64,000 nt of DNA from Phoronis australis. Lineage: Eukaryota; Animalia; Phoronida. The stretch is taken from assembly GCA_002633005.1 (NCBI GenBank), contig NMRA01000024.1, forward strand, positions 1,709,222 through 1,773,221, read 5' to 3'. Below, one piece after another: positions 13,701-25,700 of this stretch; position 1 is the stretch's first letter, and the number at the start of each line of letters is the position of its first letter. The translations under genes and the position numbers were made by a program. The notes below the pieces were generated by a model, which searched no databases, had not been told where the DNA came from, and worked only from the letters and a program-made list of their open reading frames with translations.

Positions 13701-16700
13701 TGTATGGCCATTTATTTTTTTCTTTGATGATAATAAGCACCATGTTGTTGTTTTAAAGGCAATAATTTCATTTGCAATGACCATTTGTGTTACTGAATTC
13801 CACATGGGGGTACGTACACTACATTTTGTTAGCCTGATTGGTCCATTTTCAATGTAGCAGAACCCAGTCAATATCCAAATTTTTGGCCACTCGTAACGCT
13901 TAAAATGCATGAAATTCATAGACAAAAACATGCATAAATGTCTCAAACATTGTCCGAATTTGATGAATCTTTTTTTAATTTGCACATTTAAATAACTCTT
14001 TGCATATGAGATTCAGTTGGCATTTGGTAATTGACCAAAACAATTGATATTAGACCGTAACACAGTCAACTCTCGAAAATGGACCTTGATTGTGATTTAG
14101 CAGTTAGTAATTTGAATGCAGTCATGATCGCGCCAGCAAATAAAGAAAATAATCATTTGTTTTATAGATTTATTCCCACTGAAAATGTTAACTACTTGTG
14201 TTCTTTATTACTTTTACAGGCGTCAATTTACCATGCCTTGAATCATTATGGTTACACAGATGCCATCTTCCTTGCTGAAAGACTGCATGCTGAAAGTAAG
14301 TACACATGATGCACCAGGAGGGTCCTGCAATTGACCTCTTTTCAAACAGATCAAAAATATAATGTGCAACTCAGTTTTTTATTGAGATTGAATTCAAAGT
14401 CGTCTGAAGCATGTTGTATGCCACACTCAAAATTTTTGGGTGTTATTTATAGATCCCGAGGCAACTCTAGTGAAAACTCGAGTGAGTTCAAGTCTGTGTT
14501 ATAAAGGGACTGGATATCAGAGACTGTTGAAAATATGACAAGGAGCTTGAAATTTTGTTAGTTTGCACTACCGAAAATGCATGTACGTACCGTCAAGTGC
14601 ATGTTGTTAAATGTGGGATTCTTGTACCGAGAAGACTTCCGTGTTGGTGAAGTTTTCTGTTCTGTTCTCAGTCTATCAGGAGCTCAAAATTCACCAGTCC
14701 ACACGAGAGAAAATGTTTTGCCTTTCGGATATTTCATGTTACATGGCATTCTTATGCAAAGAAGGCCGCAGTGATGGTGAAGAGTTTTCTGCTCTGTCAA
14801 AGAATAATCCTTTCAGTGCTCTCTACAGCCTGTTTCAACACGTGTCAGCAGCATGTTTGCTGGCACTTGTGACATATTTGAATGACCCGCAGCTTGTTAG
14901 AAAAGCAGCGACCAATTTGGAGAAATGTCTTTAAAGATTTTAAATTTTCTGTGCAGTACCATTAAGTTCACCAGGTAACAAGGCAGGTAAATGTGCATTT
15001 TAAATTCAACTGCAAGCACATTTGCACTGCAGAGGACGTTATCTGCCGCTGACATATTTGTTGACATTTATACTACTGACACCAGGGCTTGGAATTTTCT
15101 TCTTTTAAGAGGAGTTCCTCGTTTTTGGTTTCGATTTCCTCTTATTTGGTTTCCAGTTTGCTGTTTTTTCTCTTTTTATCATTATTTTGACTTTATTCAT
15201 GCAGAAACATATATTTTGCTTAAACTTTACAACACAAAAAATATTTCTATCATACTAACCTATTTAATTGTGGAATGATACATCACCTGGACAGTTTTCT
15301 TCTTTTCTGTCATTGGTCATTCCAATCCCTGGACACGATGGGGTTCTCAGTTGTGTAGAATGCTGCCCATTTGTAGTACTACTTAGTTGATATTGAGTCT
15401 CAGATAACAGTCGGCTCTACCTATACTGTCGGGAAGACTTAGTACTCTAAGAATACATTGGAACTAACTTATGCGCTTTCATTTTCAGTTGGTAACCATG
15501 AATCTCTTTTTCTGCTGGCTACTTCATACTATCGCTCCGGGAAATCCGTACAGGCCTACACGTTACTCCAGAGCAGGGGATGCCCGACACCTCAGTGTAA
15601 ATACCTCATGGCTCGCTGCTGTCTCGACCTCGACAAGTAAGTTATAGGAAGCTGTTTCATTCAAAAATTTGTGTGGGATGTCATATCTGGACTAAGGGCG
15701 GGATTGTCTCTGCTGTGGTTTGAAACAAATAATTTCCCGTGACTGACAATGTCTTCTTGTACAGTTTGTTAACATGCTCAGTCATTAAATAATTAATTAA
15801 AGTTAGTGTTCAACCATTCTTTACCAGTTTATATTTCTTCATTTTAATGTACCATGTAAGTTGAATCGCAAAATTGTAAGTCGATATATTATCTCGTGGC
15901 TTTTTGTATTCATAGGCTCACTGAAGCTGAGACAATATTGGGTGGTCACCAAGCCAAGACTAAGTCTGTTGAGGACTACATCAATGAGTTTGGGGACAGT
16001 GCTTGTTTTACCTTGGCTCTTTTAGCTAGAATATACAGGTAAATGTCCACATTTTTAACTAAGACTTTGACTAGACACCAACAATCTATCATCACAACAG
16101 TTTAGGCGTAATTATCGCGCACTAAAACGAATCCGAAAAAATTTCCCGGAGTTCCTCGTCATTGCGGCTGAGCAAAAACAGAAGATTAAGAGAATTCTGT
16201 CCATTCTTACTTTGGTTTTTGCTGTGCGGGTACCAGACCACAACTTGTAGCAGAGGTTTCATTATTCGGTGCTTGGCAATTCTTTGAGAAATGGAAAATG
16301 GCAAAATTATGACTTGATGGCTATTATTTTTGTGCAGAGTAAGTGAAAAATTGCTGTTCATTCAGTTGGCATGTACATATCCACTAGTAATTTGTCAGCA
16401 TTAGTTGGGAGGTGAAGTTTGACATCAGTGGGAAAATAATGCATTATGGTAAAGTTTACTCAAATTAGAACAAAAATAATGGCTGCAATTGTTTTTTCAT
16501 TTTTTCCAATGCTCAGCGTATTGCCAAAAATGCTCAAAATTTCCTCGTGTGTGTGTGTGTTGATGACAACCGTTAAGTTCTCAAATAATGAAGTCGTGTT
16601 GTTTACTGTTGAGAGAATTTTGATAAAACAAAATTCCACTGTTCAATCCTATTGTACATTTGAAGAGTTAAAATTTGAAGCCAGTTAACAAGAGATCTGC

Positions 16701-19700
16701 TTTTTCGGACAAATGGCCGTTATTGTACAACAATGGGATTCTAGTACTGATGATAGTTATACTTTAAATTGCAGTCAAACTGAAAGGGAGGCTAAGGCAT
16801 CAGAGTTTTACCACAGAAGCTTGAAGCTCAATCCATTTTTGTGGTCATCGTTTGAAAGTTTATGTAATTTAGGTAGGTGTGTTGTTTGCAATTTCACTCG
16901 GAATAAAAGGTCATTGCCTTGCCATTTGTTATCAGACTGATCACGCACTGGCTTACATAGTAGCAGCACATACTGTGTTTTGTTGTATTCATTTGAGCCA
17001 AGATAGTTTACTAGGTTAGGCATAGCATTTATACCTGTTTATTTCCGTCTAAGTGTCACTAGTTTGTGGTGAAACAATAGTAGCATTGATCTCCTGATAG
17101 TATAGATTTTGAGAGGTTGGAATTCATCATCTGCTAAAAGCAACTGTGGTGATGGCAGTAACCATAGTTACGGACATCAGGTGAGGCTCTTCTAGTAAAT
17201 ACTGTGAATTTGCTGAATGAACTGTTTATATTTACTCTTTTTGTCCATTTTGCAGGTAATAAGCCTGACCCAGCGCAGGTCTTTCAGGTATCAGCTGTTG
17301 AAAATCTTAACTTTTTAAAGTCGCCTCCATCGTACGCAACGCCCACATCGACTTTGAAGACCATCAATGTGAACCTAGATGTAGATAGTCCGCAGATCAT
17401 TTCACAGGTATGTTTGTCGGGATACCTTCCTCTGCCTTTTTCTACTGATATCGAACAACTTGGTAAAACGATAGGTTGATATTAAAGTTAAATCTGATCT
17501 GCTGGATTTTCTTTTATGATTTCCTAGATCTTTAGAGACCTGTCGTCTCCTTCGATGGGATGTTGACTGGGATGAGTCATGGGAACTCTGGTCACGTGGG
17601 ATGTCGCGTTCCCACCGCTCATCATAGTCAACATCCCATCGAAGGAGATGAGAAGTCTTTGAAGATTTAGGAAATCAAAAAAAGGTAATTAATCTAGCAG
17701 ACCAGTTTTAACTTTAATATCATTAACATGGCTCAAGGTCTACATTTTATTAAAACCATAAGTTGCCAACAGCTGAGCTTATGTGCAGCTTCATCACGTC
17801 TTGAATATTCGTGGCTGTTCATTGTTGTTTCTTCCTGTTGATTTCTTATCCCTCCGCGTGTAATGTGATTTTATTACAGCCATTTTGTTGCTTCATGTTT
17901 CTCTCATTCTCACCTTGAGTTTCCTCCGTTTACTTGTGTGAAATGTTCTGGAATATTTACGGAAGTGATGGAGGAGGCAGTGTGGCTTAGTGGGATAAGT
18001 GCCCACTTCCTTTACTGAAGGTCGTGGGTTCGATTCCCACTGAAGCACACTGCTAGATCCTTGAGTCCCACTGAAGCACACTGCTAGGTCCTTGAGTCCC
18101 ACTGAAGCACACTGCTAGACCCTTGAGTCCCACTGAAGCACACTGCTAGATCCTTGAGTCCCACTGAAGNNNNNNNNNNNNNNNNNNNNNNNNNNNNNNN
18201 NNNNNNNNNNNNNNNNNNNNNNNNNNNNNNNNNNNNNNNNNNNNNNNNNNNNNNNNNNNNNNNNNNNNNNNNNNNNNNNNNNNNNNNNNNNNNNNNNNNN
18301 NNNNNNNNNNNNNNNNNNNNNNNNNNNNNNNNNNNNNNNNNNNNNNNNNNNNNNNNNNNNNNNNNNNNNNNNNNNNNNNNNNNNNNNNNNNNNNNNNNNN
18401 NNNNNNNNNNNNNNNNNNNNNNNNNNNNNNNNNNNNNNNNNNNNNNNNNNNNNNNNNNNNNNNNNNNNNNNNNNNNNNNNNNNNNNNNNNNNNNNNNNNN
18501 NNNNNNNNNNNNNNNNNNNNNNNNNNNNNNNNNNNNNNNNNNNNNNNNNNNCTTGACTGATGCTGTCATGATTACTTGACTGATGCTGTCATGATTACTT
18601 GACTGATGCTGTCATGATTACTTGACTGATGCTGTCATGATTACTTGACTGATGCTGTCATGATTACTTGACTGATGCTGTCATGATTACTTAACTGATT
18701 TTTGTGAGCAATTGTGAGATGGGAGCATTAGACCAAATTTCCGTCTCAAGACTCTTTTATGAAACTGGCCTCAGTTGTAATAAGCTAGGTCATGGCTTGT
18801 TGTGTGGATTGCGGTTGAATGATTGACAATTTCCAATCTATGTAACTCCTGCGTCTTATAGTTCCTTCTTTCCTATTAAAGTGCTACACTTATTTATCCT
18901 TAGCCAGAGAATAAATAGAAATGTTCTGGTAGTTTTAGTTAGAGTCTTTCATTCTACATAGTTTTACCATAGATAAACTGGCAGGTCTGTGCACATGGTG
19001 TGTTGCAGAATACATGTGTTATGATTGCGAGCCATTTCTTTTTAATCCAGAGCAGTATTGAATGAAAGGCACTAGACTACTGTAATTTTTGCCTTCTATT
19101 ACGTCGAGTTTTCTTGAGCACAGTACAGTGTATTGTTGAATCTCTGCAGGACAACAGTCCACTAGCCACAAGTATACCCGCACACCTGGGTCACAGTCTG
19201 AACACGGATACCCCAGAAAACCAGATGATCGACACTCCCGATAGTAGCACCATGCCGCCATCGGCACCACTCCGTACAACGCGGCCCCGTTTACGCCCAG
19301 GCAGGAACCTGCTAGGGGCCCCTTTGTCGCTAAGTCCGCTGACCCCCAGCTTTGGCATCCTGCCCCTGGACACACCGAGCCCCGGCAACTCGCAGAACAC
19401 GCCACCACTCCCCACATACATTACACCATCTCCTAACCTGATGGGGTATACAGACACCAATCAGCCACCAGCTCCAGCCAAAAAGGTGATTTGGACTGCT
19501 CAACGATCAGTTTTATGATAATCAAATGAAATAAGTGTGGTTGTCATTAGTGACCTGTAAACGGCGAGTGAAAGGAAGATCGAGAGACGTCGTTAGTAAA
19601 AAATATTTATATCAATATTTGGACATTGTGCTTTGATGAAGACTTCTCTTTTTGAAATGCTATATTTGCATATTATCATTGTGGTCCGTTACCAGCAAAG

Positions 19701-22700
19701 AGGTGTGTTAATACAAGTAATGTGTATTTGATTCGAACGTGAAAGATGAAGCCAATACAGTACTTGTGTTTTGCCTTTATGTGTTAGCAGGAGACCTTAA
19801 AAAGGCAAAATTAGCAAAAGACTCTTATTGCAATAGTTTTCTTAACACCATAGAGATGTCTGTTAGGTAACTTAATATCTATTGTCAATGCTTTACTTGC
19901 AGATTGCAACTCGACGTGGTCAGGGTATGAATAAGGCTCCAAAACCACCTGTATTCAGTCAATCAATCAGTAACATGAAGGACGTATCTACGCCTAGTCC
20001 GCCCACAGGGTAAGTGCTGCAGTTGTTTACTTGTAAATTCAAAAGCCTATGTGTCGATTTTTGAAAAGTAAGCTCTTGCTTCCTAGCTGTAGTACGTGCC
20101 TGATATCACATGGACAGCATTCTATTCCCCCCACATATGCTCAGTCATCATTACTGGGAGGTTTGGGTTATTTTGTACGTTCTTTCGTTTGCAGCAGTTG
20201 GTACTGATCGTCTCGCACAGAACTTGGTGTTTGACCTATGACCGTTATATTTGTAGGCTGGAGAATGCGGGTGTGCGCAGGAGCTCAAGGTTGTTTTCAA
20301 ATAACTCTAATTCTGTTAAGGTAAGAACAATAAGTTCAGTTCTTGGCTTAGCTTTAGTACCAATCTGGCTATTAGGACAGTTACAGACAATAAGTTCAGT
20401 TCTTGACTTAGCTTTAGTACCAATCTGGCTATTAGAACAGTTACAAACAATTTCATGATCACCATATGGTTTTACTCTGAAAACATCATTGGGAAATGGT
20501 TCGTTTTTCTGTGTGATGCTTTAGAATATGAAAACCAAAACAACAGCAGTGAACTTGTTTATAGCTGTGCTTGTTATCAGATTGTTAATGTAAGACGTAA
20601 AGTTGGTAGCTTTAAAGTTTCTCTATTTAAAATAACTTTGGCCATTTCAAACATGAATCCAGTTTCTTGAGAATGAGAAATTTTAGGGTGACGGACAATT
20701 GTGGACACACACCGCAGCATGACACACACCGCAGCACGACACAAATATCTGTTAACTGCAGTGTCACTGACAAAGTTTCCTCATTAAAAGAAACATCATC
20801 TCTCTTAAGTTGGTGTTGTTTTTTTGTCTTTTTTAATGCAGAACTCCTTGACTCACGTCAGTGATGATGTTTCGTGTTGTTTGCAGGAGAACAACAAAAC
20901 ACAGAGTCGAGGGAGGTTCTTGGTGCCAGCCAGGAAGTCGAAGGGTCGCTACAGTAAAACATCACACGAGATCAACGACCTCAACAAACCTGAGAAGACT
21001 TCAGAGAAACCGTCAACCATCACTGCCGCTCAAGCCCAGGTTGTTGATCTGCAGAAACAGTCGACTGGTATGGTTTAAATCTAGAAATCGCTGTTGTGTG
21101 GATTATTATCAAAAGTGCTCTAAAGTGTAATCTAATTACGGTGTAATACTTTATACTTTGTTCTTCTTGCCAGACAGAGAGTTCAAGCACTTGTACAGTA
21201 TGACACTATTCATAAGCACTTCGTACAGTATGACACTATTCATAAGCACTTCGTACAGTATGACACTATTCATAAGCACTTCGTACAGTATGACACTATT
21301 CATAAGATTAAGAAAAGAGCTGTATTTCATGAACACAGAAATGTGTTTGTAAAATAAAGAAAATTCTGGTGCATGGCAGAAAATATTTACAGATTGTGAC
21401 AAAAGAATTGTGTTTATGAGAAAAGAGCTGTTAGTGAAAATACCTGTGCAGTTTATGATGTCTGAAGACTGTCCCTACGGGGGTTTTCTTATAAACAATG
21501 AGCCTGAGGCAGTGCTATCGCACATTTAGGATCCAGACCAACACAATGTCTGGGCAACAGGTTCAATGAGACAACACCTATTGATGAGAAGTCATACCTG
21601 TGTCAAGAATGCCCATTCCCAAACGTTACCCGCCTGATGATTCAAGCACTTAAGCCAAATTGCCCATCCATTGAGATGGTACCAAGGAAAATACCCACCG
21701 GAGTTCATGCCATGTCCTTTCCAACCCTGTCTGTGTGAGGACCATCCAGGAGACTGACTTGTCTGCATCTGTTATTTTTCCTTTTTTGGTATTGTTTACC
21801 CTGCTTGCATTTGTAGTTGGTCTCATGCAACTGCTGGTTGAACTAGGCAAAGCCTATGTCTGCCTGTGTCAGTATGAGTGTCAGCATGCTGTTGATCTGC
21901 TGTCTACTTTACCCGTGCACCATTACTACACTGGCTGGGTACTGTCGGCTGTGGGACGCGCCCACTTCGAAATGACAGATTACAAACAGGTAGGAGTGGT
22001 CATTATGTCAGCTGTAAGAGGAGTTGGGTCCTCACTTAGGTTTGTTTTAACTGTGCTGTAAATGGTAAAATGTGTGAGCATAGCAGGATTAGGTATGTGT
22101 GCGTGTGTGTGTGTGCGTGAGTGTGTGTGTGTGTGTGAGTGTGTGTGTGTGTGTCTTCTATTTGTAAAGTTGCCTTTTTCAATAAATTTTTAAAAAATTG
22201 TGGGCATATCCCGATAGTTTTCTAAATTGGTGCTATGGTAATATCTCACCAATTTTGGACACAATATGGAAGACAATATAATTCTTTTAGTATTTTTTAT
22301 TTTGTCTATTTTGTAAAAGACAAGTAGGTACCACATTGATGCTTTATAAGAATCAAGTAACTGTTATCACACAGTTTTTTAAATGCCGTATGTGGAACAC
22401 ATTTCCCAGTCACTGCGCTTGTATTACATAAATAATCTTCAAATTCCCTCAGGCTGAAAAGATGTTCTCTGAGTTGCGCCGCGTTGCCTCGCACCACTTT
22501 GAGGGTCTGGAAGTCTATAGCACCGTCCTCTGGCATCTGCAGAAGGAGGTCAAACTGTCCGCTCTGGCTCAAGAACTCACCACGCTGGACACGAGCTCAC
22601 CAGAGGTACGGTGTAGTGGGAGTGAACATACCACACTGTACAATTAGAGGTGTAGTGATTGTGTAGAGGTGTATTGATTGTGCATTTTTGACGATACTTT

Positions 22701-25700
22701 ATGTCAATTTGTGGTCTTATGGAGCTCCAGCAACAATTACTTCTGTTTAGGTCGGTTTATCAAATTAAATATCTAATCCTGGCTTTGTTCAAGCACTGAA
22801 ACAGATTGAGATTATAATTAAAGTGTAAGCTCTCTAGTGTTTACCAAGTTGTCTTTTCTTACAGTATGTGAAATGTCTCTTAATATTCCTGCTAACTCTT
22901 TAAACTTGGAGTCTGTGATTGGCAGTAACTTGATGCATTGTGTTGGTGGTTATTATAGTTTATACAGGTGCCCTGCATTTTGAGAACTAGTTTTCTCTAC
23001 TGAATAAAAGGCTTCAAACTGGTTCTCAAAATCAGTTGTCCGTGTGAGTTGTGTGTGTTGGATGCACAACAATGGAATGATTTTTATTGTGACTTGCAAA
23101 CTCACTGGGTGTCAAACAAATTTTTGTGTCAAGTACACAGTTTATGGTAAAAATTCTTCAAGTTGGGGCGAAAAAATTGCTATAATTGTCATTTTTCTAT
23201 TTTTCAAAAGCTTGTGTTCACTCGAACTTTTCTGAAATCTTTGTATACAGTTCTACCATACAGACAGAAGTTTGAAATTTAACAAAATGAAAGTCTGCTT
23301 GTCCTCATCTGAGGAGTTTTTTTACTGTAGATGAGTGCTGTTTTTTCACCATTGTCCCCATGTGCACTCACATACTGGCTTCATTTGTAGGCCTGGTGCT
23401 GTGCTGGCAACTGCTTCAGTCTTCAGAAGGAGCATGACACGGCCATCAAGTTCTTCCAGCGGGCCATGCAGGTGATCACTTATCACTTCCTGTTGTTGAA
23501 TTAAATCCTCCTAGATCCCCTAAAGTAGCTGTAAACAAACGTTTGATTCAGACCAATGATCTCAACTTATTCCATACTCGGACTAAAGTAGTTTTTTGGG
23601 CCTTGGATGAACTGGTAGTCAGGCACTCATTTTGGATTTGGAAAAAAATTAGGGTCCAAATTCGCCAGATTGACACTTGTCATATGAGGGGATTCCATAT
23701 GAGGTCATCCTGACCCCCGAAAAACATGGCTGCCAGCATTTGCCAATCGTCAGTGTGACATTTCTGGTAACAAAAATAGACGGTCTGTGATCTTATTTTA
23801 TTGCTGAGTATTTATCAAACTAAGACAACGAATTGTAGATTTCAATTAAGATTATTAGTCAAAAGTGTTATAATTCTTTGTTTGGCCATGTTTTTCACCA
23901 AAATTGTCTTTAAACAGGTCATCTTTTTTCTCTCTTGGCCATGCCATCCAAGCTGTCGTTTTTTAAAACTATCCATCCCAGTGATGGCCACTAAATGTGT
24001 CCCTGCTGGTGGTTCCATACTGCTTGAGACCACGCTGTTGTATGAACTACGTTGTGTTACCGTTCAAGGTTGGCATTAAGGCTGTTAATTTTCCAAACAT
24101 TCTATTCACTTGGCAACCAGGTTTCTCTTGGTTTTCCGTGCGAAAACTTTGGCAAGTATTGTGAGACTTGCTAGTTGGCTGCAACGGTTTGTGATTCATA
24201 ATTTTATCATTGCTTTCAAAGCCTGCATCTTCACAAGTTGCTATACATGTGCACATCTTCATTATCTCAATTTGTTAACTTCCTTTATTATTTTCGTCAC
24301 CATTACTTTCCATAGTGACCAGTGGTGGACACCCAGGTTGCCTACCTGCATGTAACCGTCTTCATTCTTTGCCAACGTCACTGTGTTCACTTCTCCTGTT
24401 CACTTCAGGTTGACACCAAGTTTGCGTATGCCTACACTTTACTGGGCCACGAGTATGTGCTTACTGAAGAGTTAGACAAGGCCATGGCCTGCTTCAGGAC
24501 AGCCATCCGCGTAGACCCCCGTCACTACAACGCCTGGTACGGTGTCGGCATGATCTACTATAAACAGGAGAAGTTCACTCTCGCCGAGTTCAACTTCCGC
24601 AAAGCTTTGTCCGTCAACCCAAAGAGTTCTGTGCTACTCTGTCACGTGGCAGTGGTAAGTTTGTGATATTGATCCCTGTTGACAGATGGCACTCTGCGTC
24701 TCATGCTAGTACTCTCGGTCATTGTTACCAGTGAGGCTTGTGGATTTAGACTCTTTCTTTTGCACAGATTGAAACTGCCTTGACATCTATTGCATAAGGT
24801 ACTCTCAGTTCGGTCATACAAGTATGACTAGTCAGCTGAACATCTCTATCAACCGAGGAGACAAAAACTGCTGAATTACATACTATATGCAACTAAGTGA
24901 ACAAATACACTTTTTCTTGTAACAGAATGGACAACAGTGTAGAATCAGCCATTTACCAGCTACCTTGCCATGTTGTCTCGTATTTCTTTCTCACATAATG
25001 CCGTCCTTGTTACAGGTCCAACACGCCCTTCACAAGCCCGAGACTGCCCTGGCCACTCTTACCAGAGCAATAAGCAGTGACCCTAGGAATCCCCTGTGCA
25101 AGTTTCACAAGGCATCCATCTTGTTTGCCACTGACAGGCACAAGGAGGCGCTGGCCGAGCTGGAAGAACTGAGAGAGATTGTACCTAAGGAGTCACTAGT
25201 CTACTTCCTTATGGGGAAGGTGAGAAGACGTCAGCTGTCTATCATTCAGGGCAGTTTAAACCAGTCTTCGACAGAGGGCATGGCTAGATATTTAAAACAT
25301 TCACCCAATTAAGGGCTTCTCTAGAAGGATAAGCAAACGTTTTTGTGTTACCTTCTTTATTAAAAGGACAAATCTTTGGTTATCTTGAAGAAAAATCTCC
25401 AGTGTTAATCACTGTGTTCCTCCTGCCCTTTGTGTAAGTAGGAATGCAAGTAATGTTAATATGAGCAGAAACTTTAAAATTAGCTCGTAAGTAAACAAAG
25501 ACATATTGATCCAACATTTCAGATTATTCACTATGAACCATTCTCAAGGCAAAAACATTTTGACGGGTACCTGTACAGTCTGTTCTCCACCTGTGTCGCA
25601 TTTTGACGGGTACCTGTACAGTCTGTTCTCCACCTGTGTCGCATTTTGACGGGTACCTGTACAGTCTGTTCTCCACCTGTGTCGCATTTTGACGGGTACC

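Noticed and set aside
12495-13825. CRISPR-like appearance of a repeated motif with variable spacers
   Set aside because: Motif is only 16 bp, spacing irregular (20-360 bp), spacers are themselves duplicated, context is an animal intron with no cas genes.
17973-18045. Possible tRNA gene
   Set aside because: A and B boxes present but acceptor and anticodon stems do not pair convincingly and it continues into SINE-like and tandem sequence.
18084-18579. Long ORFs containing X runs (also 33282-33608, 50493-50953, 54187-54921)
   Set aside because: They only span assembly gaps.
19019-19460. Two minus-strand ORFs (132 and 89 aa)
   Set aside because: Antisense shadows of the GC-rich CDC27 exon 7.
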